The position numbers and the translations under genes were made by a program. A stretch of 64,000 nucleotides of DNA from Myxococcota bacterium (GTDB lineage: Bacteria > Myxococcota_A > Polyangia > Fen-1088), in the NCBI GenBank assembly GCA_046734815.1, contig JBKPRZ010000179.1:1960-65959 (forward strand). The letters are read 5' to 3'. The notes beneath the pieces are model-generated. The model did not search any database. It saw only the letters and a list, made by a program, of their open reading frames with translations, and was not told where the DNA came from. Positions 1 through 15,440 of this stretch are shown in pieces. Within the stretch, counting starts at the first letter, position 1. Every line of letters starts with the position of its first letter.

Positions 1-240
1 GAAGTGACGCCCGACAGCCTGCGGGGCACCATCACCGGCGGCTCGCTGGGTCACTGCCAGTACGTGCTCGATCACACCGAGGGCGACGGGGCCCGCACCG
101 GCACCTCCATCTGCAGCTTCATGCCCCAGGAGACCCGCCTCGAGTTCCCCAGCGCCGTCGAACGCTGGCTGGGCCGCGGCGAGATCGTGGCGGTCCTCCT
201 GGCCCTTCTCTCCTCCGCCCCTCCCACCAGTAGCGACTGA
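1..240 (+). CDS. C-terminal end of an unidentified protein (gene starts upstream of the window)
   Basis: Frame 1 is open from base 1 to TGA at 238-240 (track ORF 4..240). Third codon positions are GC-rich. The protein ends in a hydrophobic IVAVLLALLSS tail. No family recognised. Confidence 0.4.
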   Translation, partial: EVTPDSLRGTITGGSLGHCQYVLDHTEGDGARTGTSICSFMPQETRLEFPSAVERWLGRGEIVAVLLALLSSAPPTSSD

Positions 241-250
241 GCGGGGAAGA

Positions 251-270
251 GGGCGCGGCAGACCGCGCCC
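251..270. terminator. GC hairpin between convergent genes (possible intrinsic terminator)
   Basis: GGGCGCGG-CAGA-CCGCGCCC forms a perfect 8-bp stem with a 4-nt loop, 11 nt after the stop at 238-240. No U-tract follows, so function is uncertain. Confidence 0.35.
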
Positions 271-419
271 CCTCCCCCGAGCCCTCTCCCCGGAACAGAG
301 GGGACAGGGCCAGGAGAGATGCACCTGCAAGTCATGTGTCTCTCCGCCGGGCAAGCCCGGCTACGAACGCTGAAAGTGACGGATTCTCTTCAGGTGGTCG
401 GCGCTGAACGAATCCTGTT

Positions 420-995
420 TCAATGTATGCGCGGCTCCATCGGGAGGGTGGAGAGGATCTCTGCTTCGCGGGTGGCCAGCTGGTGAAGGCGGGCGGCGGT
501 GCGGTCGGGAGGGACCACGCGGGCGGCGAGCTCGCGGTAGACCTCGGCGTGTCGGTCCTCGGCGGTGGCCAGTGCGCGATAAAAGCGCGCCAGCTCGTCC
601 TGGCCCTGGCCGGCAAAACCCTCTGACAGAAGCTGGAGCCGCTCGTGCGAGCGGGCCTCGATGAGGGCGGCGACCAGCAGCAGGTCCAGCTGGCGATCGG
701 GCTCGCGCGGGCGCGCCTCGGCCAGCAGGGCGCGCGCGTAGTGGTTGGGGCGATCGGGCAGCGGTCGGTGGCCCAGGCGGGCCAGCAGCTCGCTCACCTG
801 CACCACGTGGCTGGTCTCCTCGTGGGCCAGCCGCCCCAGGGTGGTCACCACCTCGGGGTCGGCGGTGTAGCGGCGAACCAGCGACAGGGCGTTCTCCGCC
901 GCCTTGCGCTCGCAGTGCAGGTGATCGGACAGCAGCCGGGGCAGGCTGGCGGAGGCGGCTGCGAACCAGCCCGGTGCCGTCGCGCGCGCGAGCAT
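420..995 (-). CDS. miaE: tRNA-(ms2io6A37)-hydroxylase, ferritin-like diiron protein (MiaE family)
   Basis: 191-aa ORF with MiaE-like helices and metal-ligand motifs: LLSDHLHCERKAAENALSLVRRY, HEETSHVVQV, IEARSHERL, AEDRHAEVY. Confidence 0.8.
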   Translation of the reverse strand: MLARATAPGWFAAASASLPRLLSDHLHCERKAAENALSLVRRYTADPEVVTTLGRLAHEETSHVVQVSELLARLGHRPLPDRPNHYARALLAEARPREPDRQLDLLLVAALIEARSHERLQLLSEGFAGQGQDELARFYRALATAEDRHAEVYRELAARVVPPDRTAARLHQLATREAEILSTLPMEPRIH

Positions 996-1004
996 CCCGT
1001 CGTC

Positions 1005-3716
<2,712 letters not shown>

Positions 3717-3758
3717 GGGCGCATTATTACCACAGCCGGTCGAGCCGAAGCCGGACGG

Positions 3759-4433
3759 TCAGGGCCAGCGCGGACGGCGTATCTTGACCGGACCGATCTC
3801 GGCGGCGGCGCCGACGTGGTCCAGGCGTACCTTCCACAGCTGGGACAGGCCCGAGGCGACGCCGGCAGCGCCCAGCAGGGCGGCGGCGGTCCCCAGCGCC
3901 CAGGGCAGCAGCGCCGGCCGCAGCGAGATGCCGGTGGGCAACTTGACGGTGGCATCGCACAGCTCGGCCGCGGTCTGGTTGACCCGGAAGGGGCCGGCGT
4001 TGGCGGTGGCGGCGGGATCGAACAGCACGCCGCTGGCTTCGAGCGACTCACCCTGCCGGATGAGCACTTCCTCGACCCGAACCCGGCCCTGCAGCCCGAA
4101 CTGACGCGCCACCGACTCGGCGCCGGTGGAGCCCTCCCGGTGCAGCACCGGCTGCGCCTCGATGTGCACCCGTTCGGCGTCCACCCGCACCGGCCGGGGC
4201 GGCTGCAACGGGTCGGATGACCAGCGCACCTCGAACGGCTCGGGGGACAGCACCTCGTGCACCAGCTCGGTCATGGGCGAGATCCGCTCGAAGATGCGCA
4301 GCCGCCAGTGCACGCAGGGCGATCCGGAAGCGGGCGAGGTCAGCAGCTCCTCGGGCGCGCCGGCCTGGCCGCGCAAGGTGGTGACGGTCGCGTCGGCCGG
4401 TGTCTGGAGGATCAGCGAGTCTTCTGTGCTCAT
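3759..4433 (-). CDS. hypothetical tail-anchored protein with weak GIDE-like motif
   Basis: Track ORF 3759..4517. I place the start at MSTEDS (ATG 4433), 16 nt after the stop of the upstream response regulator. One C-terminal TM helix (LLPWALGTAAALLGAAGVASGL). The motif LTSPASGSPCVHWRLRIFE resembles the Cys-containing core of GIDE domains. Confidence 0.6.
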   Translation of the reverse strand: MSTEDSLILQTPADATVTTLRGQAGAPEELLTSPASGSPCVHWRLRIFERISPMTELVHEVLSPEPFEVRWSSDPLQPPRPVRVDAERVHIEAQPVLHREGSTGAESVARQFGLQGRVRVEEVLIRQGESLEASGVLFDPAATANAGPFRVNQTAAELCDATVKLPTGISLRPALLPWALGTAAALLGAAGVASGLSQLWKVRLDHVGAAAEIGPVKIRRPRWP

Positions 4434-4449
4434 GCGTCGGCTTTCGTGT

Positions 4450-5937
<1,488 letters not shown>

Positions 5938-5962
5938 ATCGCCGTCCGTGAACCCCTCATGG

Positions 5963-7489
5963 TCAATGCTTGCTCAGCGGCACCGGTTCGGCAAGGCCTG
6001 TCCCGGAGGTGGCCTCGGCCGGCGCCTCGGTGGAAACCGGCAGGAAAACCCGGAACACCGCTCCGCCTTCGGGCCGGTCGCCCACCTCGATCCACCCGTC
6101 GTGGTCCTTGACGATGCCCTTGGCCACCGCCAGGCCCAGACCGGTCCCCTCGCCCGTGTCCTTGGTCGTGAAGAAGGCTTCGAAGATCTTGTCCCGGTCC
6201 GCGCTGGGTACACCGGCCCCGGTGTCGCCCACCTCCATCATCAGATAGGGCGCCGGCGCACTGAGCGCCAGCCCCTCCTTGCGCCGGTGCACGTGGTCCA
6301 GGGTGATGCTGAGCCGGCCCCCGGTGGGCATGGCGTGGATGGCGTTCATCAACAGATTGAGGCAGACCTGCTGGATCTCGCCGGGATCGCCCGGGATGCT
6401 GGGCAGGTCGCGGGGCGCCGTCACCGACGGCTCGATGCGCTGCCGCCGCACCAGCTCGTCCACGAACTCCAGCGATTCGGCCACCACCCGGTGCACATCC
6501 ACGTGGGTGAGGGTGGGGCGGCTCTTGCGCGAAAAATCCAGCACCTGGCGGATGATGCGGGTGATGCGCTCGACCTGCGCGCCGATGATCTCGGCGTTCT
6601 TCTGCACGTCGGCTGCGTCCTGGCTGCGCCGGGCCAGCGAGCGGGCCCGTCCGCCGATCACGTTGAGCGGGGTGCCCACCTCGTGCGCGATCTCGGCGGC
6701 CATCTGGCCCATGGTGGCCAGCTTCTCCGAGTGACGCAGCCGGGTCTCCAGCGACAGGCGGGCGGTGTTGGCCCGGGCCTCCTTGTCGCGGGCATCGCGC
6801 AGGTAATTCGTCATGGCGTTGAACCGCCCCGCGAGGCTGCCGATCTCGTCGTCCTTCTCCGGGAACAGCGCGCGCGACAGATCGCCCTTGGAGACGGCAT
6901 CGATGGCGTCGATCAGGCGGCGCAGCGGGGTGACCACGCCGGAGACCAGCAGCAGGTACATCAGGCCGCCGAAGGCCAGCACCCCGATCAGCAGCAGCGG
7001 CAGGATCCGCCAGGCGGTCTGCAGCACTTCATCGCTGATGTAGCTGGTGTCTCGCTTGAGGCCCAGGTAGGCGACGGCCTGACGGGCCGGGTCCGCAGGC
7101 AGGGCGTTGTGCAGCGGGATGGCCATGGCGTACACCGGCCGCTGCACGAAGAACCGCGAGGCGGGGCCGTCGGCGGCGCGGGCTTCGTCGATCAACACCG
7201 TCCAGGCCGGATCGGCGGTGCGGCTGGCGCCGGCCAGGAGGATCTCCAGCCTGAACGCCGCCCCCTGCTGCTCGGCCCAGCTGACCCGCCTCTCGAGGAT
7301 CTCCTGGGCGCGCGCCGGCTCCAGCGGCTCGAGGCCGGCGGCCAGGGCCTCGGCCACCGCGCGCGACTGCCGGTCGAGATCGCTCTCGAGGTCGATCCGC
7401 CGGTTCAGCAGCACGCCGGTCGCGGTGATGGCCAGGACCCCCGCCGTCAGCAGGGTGGTCACGACCGCGATCCGCGGGCCCAGCTTCAT
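5963..7489 (-). CDS. sensor histidine kinase with two TM helices and a HAMP domain
   Basis: 508 aa. N-terminal TM helix, periplasmic segment, second TM helix, then HAMP. H-box [14 protein letters not shown] boxes [23 protein letters not shown]. Lies 25 nt upstream of the response regulator gene on the same strand. Confidence 0.9.
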   Translation of the reverse strand: MKLGPRIAVVTTLLTAGVLAITATGVLLNRRIDLESDLDRQSRAVAEALAAGLEPLEPARAQEILERRVSWAEQQGAAFRLEILLAGASRTADPAWTVLIDEARAADGPASRFFVQRPVYAMAIPLHNALPADPARQAVAYLGLKRDTSYISDEVLQTAWRILPLLLIGVLAFGGLMYLLLVSGVVTPLRRLIDAIDAVSKGDLSRALFPEKDDEIGSLAGRFNAMTNYLRDARDKEARANTARLSLETRLRHSEKLATMGQMAAEIAHEVGTPLNVIGGRARSLARRSQDAADVQKNAEIIGAQVERITRIIRQVLDFSRKSRPTLTHVDVHRVVAESLEFVDELVRRQRIEPSVTAPRDLPSIPGDPGEIQQVCLNLLMNAIHAMPTGGRLSITLDHVHRRKEGLALSAPAPYLMMEVGDTGAGVPSADRDKIFEAFFTTKDTGEGTGLGLAVAKGIVKDHDGWIEVGDRPEGGAVFRVFLPVSTEAPAEATSGTGLAEPVPLSKH

Positions 7490-7572
7490 CCTTCCCAGAT
7501 TCTAGCGTCAAGATGCTGCGCTCGACGCGATCGTGCGTCTGGCCGGTGGTCGAGGTAATAAGAGGTTGAGCC

Positions 7573-7860
7573 ATGCCCACGACAGCGGAGACGGTTCGCA
7601 CGCGCATCCTGACGGCCCTGCCGGATGCGGCTGTGACGGTGCACGACAGCACCGGCCAGGGAGACCACTTCGACGTGGCGGTGGTGAGCCGCCGCTTCGA
7701 GGGCCAGGGGCTGATCGATCGCCACCGGCTGGTCTACGCGGCCCTGGGCGCGGCGATGCAGAGCGAGATCCACGCCCTGGCGTTGCAGACCCACACCCCG
7801 GCCGAACACGCCGCCCGCGCCGCAGGGATGACCGCAGGGATCACAAAGGAGAGGACATGA
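7573..7860 (+). CDS. bolA: BolA family protein
   Basis: 95 aa with HFDVAVVSRRFEGQGLIDRHRLVYAAL and IHALALQTHTP. The stop overlaps the start of the glutaredoxin gene (ATGA at 7857-7860). Confidence 0.85.
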   Translation: MPTTAETVRTRILTALPDAAVTVHDSTGQGDHFDVAVVSRRFEGQGLIDRHRLVYAALGAAMQSEIHALALQTHTPAEHAARAAGMTAGITKERT

Positions 7861-8183
7861 CCGACGAGCTTCGACAGCGCATCGAAAGCACCATTGGCCA
7901 GCAGCGCATCATGCTGTTCATGAAGGGGAGCCCCTCGATGCCGCAATGCGGTTTCTCGGCAGCGGTGGTGCAGGTGCTCAAGCAGATCGGCGTGCCCTTT
8001 GGCTCGCACAACATCCTCGCGGATCCCGACCTGCGCGAGGGTCTGAAGAACTACTCGAACTGGCCGACGTTCCCGCAGCTTTACGTGGACGGCAAGCTGG
8101 TCGGGGGCGCCGATATCGTGCGCGAGCTGCATGCGCGCGGCGAGCTCGCGCAGATGCTGCAGCCGGCGAACGCCGCGTCGTAG
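7857..8183 (+). CDS. grxD: monothiol glutaredoxin (Grx4/GrxD type)
   Basis: Internal ATG of track ORF 7533..8183. CGFS active site (KGSPSMPQCGFS). WPTFPQLYVDGKLVGG. Classic BolA-Grx pairing. Confidence 0.9.
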   Translation: MTDELRQRIESTIGQQRIMLFMKGSPSMPQCGFSAAVVQVLKQIGVPFGSHNILADPDLREGLKNYSNWPTFPQLYVDGKLVGGADIVRELHARGELAQMLQPANAAS

Positions 8184-8188
8184 GTTAA

Positions 8189-8218
8189 TTGACACGGATC
8201 AAGTCGCAGGGGTACGGT
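8189..8218 (+). promoter_or_regulatory. candidate sigma-70-type promoter for the barrel-protein gene
   Basis: TTGACA (8189-8194), an 18-nt spacer, then TACGGT (8213-8218). Followed by the Shine-Dalgarno AGGAGGAGG (8231-8239) and ATG at 8247. Confidence 0.35.
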
Positions 8219-8246
8219 GCGGGGCTCCAAAGGAGGAGGTTCACAC

Positions 8247-8759
8247 ATGCGACATTTCCGTGCTCTGTCCTTCACCGCCGTGGCGCTGGCGGCTCTGTGC
8301 GGCGCCAGCGGCAGCGCCCTGGCGCAAGAAACGGCGCCGCCCGCGGCGTCCGCCCGGGGAGGGCTGGGTGTCGGGTACGCCCAGACGCTGACCGGCGTGG
8401 GAGGCCTGAACGCGGTCTACGACGCAGGGCCCTGGCACGCGGACGCCATCCTGGGCTTCGCCGGTGATGGCTCGACCGAGATCCGGATCGCCGGTCGGGG
8501 CTGGTACCACCTGCACGCGACAGCGGCCTCCGACTTCTCGCTGGGCGGCGGGCTGGCTCTCCAGAACATCAACCCCGATGGCGCCGCCCCCTCGACCAAC
8601 AACCTGTGGATCGAGCTGGGCGCGATGATCCGCTTCTTCCCGGTCTCGAACGTCTCGATCGGCCTGTTCGGCGGTCTGTCGGTCGGCGCAGCGGATGCGG
8701 ATGGCTTCATCATCGACGCCCAGCCGCTGAGCCAGCTCGCCGTCACCTACTTCTTCTAG
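8247..8759 (+). CDS. small outer-membrane beta-barrel protein
   Basis: Start taken at MRHFRAL, 7 nt after the AGGAGGAGG Shine-Dalgarno. Signal peptide ends ...GSALAQE. Alternating amphipathic strands. C-terminal aromatic signature ...LAVTYFF. Confidence 0.7.
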   Translation: MRHFRALSFTAVALAALCGASGSALAQETAPPAASARGGLGVGYAQTLTGVGGLNAVYDAGPWHADAILGFAGDGSTEIRIAGRGWYHLHATAASDFSLGGGLALQNINPDGAAPSTNNLWIELGAMIRFFPVSNVSIGLFGGLSVGAADADGFIIDAQPLSQLAVTYFF

Positions 8760-8793
8760 ACCGATCTGGATCAGCCCCCTCGCGCGGCCGGGC

Positions 8794-11727
<2,934 letters not shown>

Positions 11728-11751
<24 letters not shown>

Positions 11752-12129
11752 GCCGGGTTCTGTGCGCAGCGCTCGTTGCCTCGCGCTGCCGATGGTCATT
11801 CCTCTGGGCCGTCCGTTGCCGGACGGTTCATGCGACCGACTCGGAGCCGGTTCGGCGCGGGCCACGCCGGCGGGTTTCCCCGCGGCCCCTGCTTGGTCTT
11901 GCACCGGGTGGGGTTTGCCGTGCCCCTCCCGTCACCGGGAGGGCGGTGCGCTCTTACCGCACCATTTCACCCTTGCCGGCAGAACCGGCGGTATTTTTTC
12001 TGTGGCACTTTCCTTCGAGTTACCCCGACTGGCCGTTAGCCAGCACCTTGCCCTGCGGAGCCCGGACTTTCCTCGACGACACACCCGGAGGCGTCCCGCC
12101 GCGACCACCCACCGCCCCCCAGCGAGAGC
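11728..12129 (-). ncRNA. rnpB: RNase P RNA, bacterial type A
   Basis: The minus strand carries the conserved blocks GAGGAAAGUCCGGGCUCC, AAGGGUGAAAUGGUGCGGUAAGAGCGCACC and ACAGAACCCGGCUUA. An 11-bp P1 helix forms between 5' GCUCUCGCUGG (12129-12119) and 3' CCAGCGAGAGC (11738-11728). The ends are inferred from P1 only. Confidence 0.95.
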
Positions 12130-12134
12130 GGGGC

Positions 12135-12163
12135 AGTATAGCGTCAACGCGCGTCGGTCTCCA
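12135..12163 (-). promoter_or_regulatory. candidate promoter of rnpB
   Basis: On the minus strand: TGGAGA (12163-12158), a 17-nt spacer, then TATACT (12140-12135). The -10 hexamer ends 5 nt before the predicted P1 5' end. Confidence 0.5.
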
Positions 12164-12228
12164 CGCAGAGAAGGGATTTTCGCTGCCGGGGGTTCGAGCC
12201 CGGCGCCGCGACTGAGCTTGGCTCTGAG

Positions 12229-12987
12229 CTACGCCTGAGCTTTTTTGGGCTCGGCGGCGGGAGCGGCGGCGGCCGGATCCTTCATGATCTCTTCCCAGAA
12301 GATGATCCGGTGGCAGTAGGGGCACGTCTCGATCGTGGTGCCGCGCTGGAGGACGTTGAACAGCTGCGGGGGGATGTTCATGTTGCAGCCGCGGCAGGTG
12401 CCGTTGGAGACCGGCGCCATCGCCAGACCCTTCCGCATGCGGATGGCGCTGTAGCGTTTGAGCACGTCCGGGCGAACGGTGCCGGCGATCTTGTCCCGGT
12501 CGTTCCGGAGCGCGGCGATGCGTCCCTCGATCTCGCTCATGCGGGCCTTGGCCTGCTCGTCGTCCTTCTCGACTGACGAGCGCAGTGTTTTCACGTCCGT
12601 TTCCCGCTCGGCCAGCAGCTTCTCCTTGCTCTGGATGGCGTCGACCAGCTTGGTGATCTCGGCCTGCCGTACGCTGAGGCTCTCGCGGGTCACGTCCAGC
12701 TCGCGCTGGGCGGCCGCATACTCCTTGGTGTTCTTCGCGGCCGACTGCTTGCTCTTGGCGTTGGCCAGGTGGTCCTCGTCGGCCTGCACCAGCCCCTTCT
12801 GATCGGAGTGGTAGCGCTGGGTTTCGAGGATCTGCGCTCGTTCGTTGGCGAGCAGGCCCTCGACTCGGGTGAGGTCGTTTCGGGTGGCTTCGAGCTTGGC
12901 GGGGATGGCCGCGAGGGCGTTGGTAAGCTCTTGAATCTGGGCATCGTACTTCTGAAGCTCCTCGAGCTTCTTAAGCTGATCGCGCAA
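12229..12987 (-). CDS. coiled-coil protein with C-terminal C4 zinc ribbon (COG1579-like)
   Basis: 252 aa. Long heptad-rich N-terminus, then CRGCNMNI...CPYCHRI. TTG start preceded by GGAGG. Immediately upstream of rnpB on the same strand. Confidence 0.85.
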   Translation of the reverse strand: MRDQLKKLEELQKYDAQIQELTNALAAIPAKLEATRNDLTRVEGLLANERAQILETQRYHSDQKGLVQADEDHLANAKSKQSAAKNTKEYAAAQRELDVTRESLSVRQAEITKLVDAIQSKEKLLAERETDVKTLRSSVEKDDEQAKARMSEIEGRIAALRNDRDKIAGTVRPDVLKRYSAIRMRKGLAMAPVSNGTCRGCNMNIPPQLFNVLQRGTTIETCPYCHRIIFWEEIMKDPAAAAPAAEPKKAQA

Positions 12988-13053
12988 ATGTACCTCCGAT
13001 GAGAAAGTGGGCCCGTGCAGTCTGCGACTCTGTCACTGACGATGTCACTTCTA

Positions 13054-13126
13054 TGGGCCCACCTGGATTCGAACCAGGGACCAGGCGGTTATGAGCCGCC
13101 AGCTCTGACCGCTGAGCTATGGGCCC
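13054..13126 (-). tRNA. tRNA with CAT anticodon (Met by anticodon; acceptor stem looks tRNA-Ile2/lysidine-like)
   Basis: The minus strand GGGCCCATAGCTCAGCGGTCAGAGCTGGCGGCTCATAACCGCCTGGTCCCTGGTTCGAATCCAGGTGGGCCCA folds as a 7/4/5/5 cloverleaf. Anticodon loop CTCATAA, T-loop TTCGAAT, discriminator A. CCA is not encoded. Confidence 0.9.
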
Positions 13127-13167
13127 GACCTTCGTGTCCCTTTCACCCGATCTAAACAAGGCCAAAA

Positions 13168-13196
13168 ATCTTACCGAGGCGTACGTCCACTGTCCA
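13168..13196 (-). promoter_or_regulatory. candidate promoter of the tRNA gene
   Basis: On the minus strand: TGGACA (13196-13191), a 17-nt spacer, then TAAGAT (13173-13168), about 40 nt upstream of the tRNA 5' end. Same architecture as the rnpB promoter candidate. Confidence 0.45.
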
Positions 13197-13364
13197 GGTA
13201 GGCTCATCGCGAAATTTCGCCGCGAACCCGATGCCGCGGACGCCTGCGCAGGAGATTGCCGCGCGACGTGCCGGGTCTCGGTCGCGCCGGCTGGCCAGTG
13301 CGGACGGGGAACCTTGTCGCGCGTGGGACGTGTCGAGTGCGCACGCATCCTTTTCCCCAGTCCT

Positions 13365-14171
13365 TTACCGCGTCAGCCAGCCCATTCCCAGCCCGACCAG
13401 CAGCAATATGCCGAGCGCCAGGCGATAGAGCACGAATGGCGTGGTCGCGTGCGTCCGCAGGAAGCGCAGGAGCCACGCGATGCTCAGGTAGCCGGACACG
13501 GCGGCCACCAGCAGCCCCGTCACCAGAACTCCACCGCCGATGTCCCGCGCACGCAGCACCTTGGGAAGCTCGAACACGCCGGCTGCACCGATGGCCGGGA
13601 CCGACAGCAGGAACGAGAACCGGGCGGCCGCATCGCGACGCAGCCCGAGCGCCATCGCCGCTACCAGCGTGATTCCTGACCGGGACACACCGGGCACCAG
13701 GGCCAGGGCCTGCGCCAGCCCGATCAGGACGCTGTCGCGAAGGCCGACGTCCGGCAGATCGCGGTTGCCAGCGGCAAAACGGTCGGCCGCTGCCATCAGC
13801 AGGGCCACCACGATGAGGGCGATGGCGATGACGGTCAGCGAGCGCAGCGGTCCTTCCACGGCGTGCCGGAACGCGAGACCAGCCACCCCGATCGGCACCG
13901 TGCCCACGACGAGATACAGCAGCCGCCGGGCCTCAGGCCCGGTTCTGCGGGCCGGATCCACGACCGCCGCGACCATGGTCAGCAGCTCGCGGAAGAAGAA
14001 GCCGATCACGGCGACCAGCGTGCCCAGCTGGAGGACCGCGGTGAAGGCGGCGCCGGGATCGGGGTAGCCGAGCAGGGCGGGCACCACGCGCAGGTGGGCG
14101 GTGGAGGAGATCGGCAGGAACTCGGTGATCCCTTGGACGAGTCCCAGCAGAGCGGCTTGAAAGAAGTCCAT
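13365..14171 (-). CDS. uppP: undecaprenyl-diphosphate phosphatase
   Basis: C-terminal 269 aa of track ORF 13365..15392, starting at MDFFQAALLG. Motifs GITEFLPISSTAHL and PGVSRSG. About 8 TM helices. Confidence 0.9.
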   Translation of the reverse strand: MDFFQAALLGLVQGITEFLPISSTAHLRVVPALLGYPDPGAAFTAVLQLGTLVAVIGFFFRELLTMVAAVVDPARRTGPEARRLLYLVVGTVPIGVAGLAFRHAVEGPLRSLTVIAIALIVVALLMAAADRFAAGNRDLPDVGLRDSVLIGLAQALALVPGVSRSGITLVAAMALGLRRDAAARFSFLLSVPAIGAAGVFELPKVLRARDIGGGVLVTGLLVAAVSGYLSIAWLLRFLRTHATTPFVLYRLALGILLLVGLGMGWLTR

Positions 14172-14297
14172 GGTCGGTCCAGCGCGCGAGCAGCGTAGCA
14201 CGACGCGCTGCCCGCGTCCGAGGTTCCTGGGCGCGATCGCCCGCGGAAGCGTGGGTGCGATTGGCGGCGCCCGCTGCCGGCGTGTTAGACGAGCCGC

Positions 14298-15437
14298 GTG
14301 ACCCAGCCTGACATCGTCTCCGCTCGCGTTGCCACCCAGGACCTCCAGGCGCATCTGGCTCCGCTCCGCGGCGAGCTGGAGGAAGCCGCCCGTCGGGTGA
14401 TCGCCTCGGGTCGGTTCATCCTCGGTCCCGAACACGAAGCGTTCGAGAAGGAGGCGGCGGCCGCGTGCGGGATGCGCGAAGCGATCGCCCTGTCGTCGGG
14501 TACCGACGCGCTGCTGGTTCTGCTGATGGCCTTGCGGATCGGACCGGGCGACGAGGTGGTCACGACGCCGTTCACGTTCTTCGCCACCGCCGGCGCCATC
14601 GCCCGGCTGGGCGCCCGGCCGGTGTTCGCGGACATCGAGCCCGACACCTTGAATCTGGATCCCGACCGCGCGGCGGCGGCGATCGGTCCGCGCACGCGCG
14701 CGGTCATGACCGTCCATCTGTTCGGACGGCTGGCCCGCACCGACGGGCTGGCCGGGGCCTGCCAGCGCGCGGGCATCCCGCTGCTGGAGGACGCGGCCCA
14801 GTCGATCGGCGCGCGGGTCGGCCGCGACGGGCCCCGGGTGGGCAAGCTGGGGCTGGGAACGACGCTGTCCTTCTTTCCGGCCAAGAACCTGGGTTGCCTG
14901 GGTGACGGCGGGATGGTCGTCACCGATGACGCGGCTGTGGCCCAGACCATCCGCAAGCTGCGCGTCCACGGCGGCGAGCGGCGCTACTACCACGAGATGG
15001 TCGGCGGCAACTTCCGCCTGGACGAGATCCAGACCGCCTTCCTGCGGGTGCTGCTGCCTCACCTTCCCGCCTGGACCGACCGCCGCCGGGCGGTGGCGGC
15101 GCGCTACCACCGCGACCTGGCCGACCTGGGCGACGGCATCGCGCTTCCCCCCGAAGACGCGGGATGCGTGTGGAATCAGTTCGTGATCCGGGTCCTCGAC
15201 GGCCAGCGCGATGCTCTGGCCAGCCACCTCCGCGACCGCGGCATCGGCACCGCCGTCTATTACCCGATGCCCCTGCACCTGCAGCGCTGCTTCGCCGACC
15301 TCGGCTACCAGGCCGGCGCCTTCCCGGTAGCCGAACAGGCCTGCGAGCAGGCGCTGGCGCTGCCCATCTACCCGGAGATCCCGGAGGCGCACCTCGACGC
15401 CGTCTGCACGGAGATCCGCGCCTTCCTGCGCCGCTGA
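14298..15437 (+). CDS. DegT/DnrJ/EryC1/StrS-family sugar aminotransferase
   Basis: 379 aa. GTDAL. The PLP lysine is retained in SFFPAKNLG, so this is an aminotransferase and not an E1-type dehydratase. GTG start. Confidence 0.9.
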   Translation: MTQPDIVSARVATQDLQAHLAPLRGELEEAARRVIASGRFILGPEHEAFEKEAAAACGMREAIALSSGTDALLVLLMALRIGPGDEVVTTPFTFFATAGAIARLGARPVFADIEPDTLNLDPDRAAAAIGPRTRAVMTVHLFGRLARTDGLAGACQRAGIPLLEDAAQSIGARVGRDGPRVGKLGLGTTLSFFPAKNLGCLGDGGMVVTDDAAVAQTIRKLRVHGGERRYYHEMVGGNFRLDEIQTAFLRVLLPHLPAWTDRRRAVAARYHRDLADLGDGIALPPEDAGCVWNQFVIRVLDGQRDALASHLRDRGIGTAVYYPMPLHLQRCFADLGYQAGAFPVAEQACEQALALPIYPEIPEAHLDAVCTEIRAFLRR

Positions 15438-15440
15438 CGA

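Noticed and set aside
12141-12147. TTGACGC immediately upstream of the rnpB TATACT hexamer as the -35 box
   Set aside because: Only 1 nt separates it from the -10 hexamer, which is incompatible with a 16-18-nt spacer. TGGAGA at the 17-nt spacing is the better -35 candidate.
13127-13364. 238-nt non-coding spacer between uppP and the tRNA, examined for a small ORF, an sRNA or an integration-site remnant (att repeat, integrase)
   Set aside because: Only artefactual overlapping ORFs are present. There is no direct repeat of the tRNA 3' end and no integrase anywhere nearby. The region is adequately explained by the tRNA promoter candidate.
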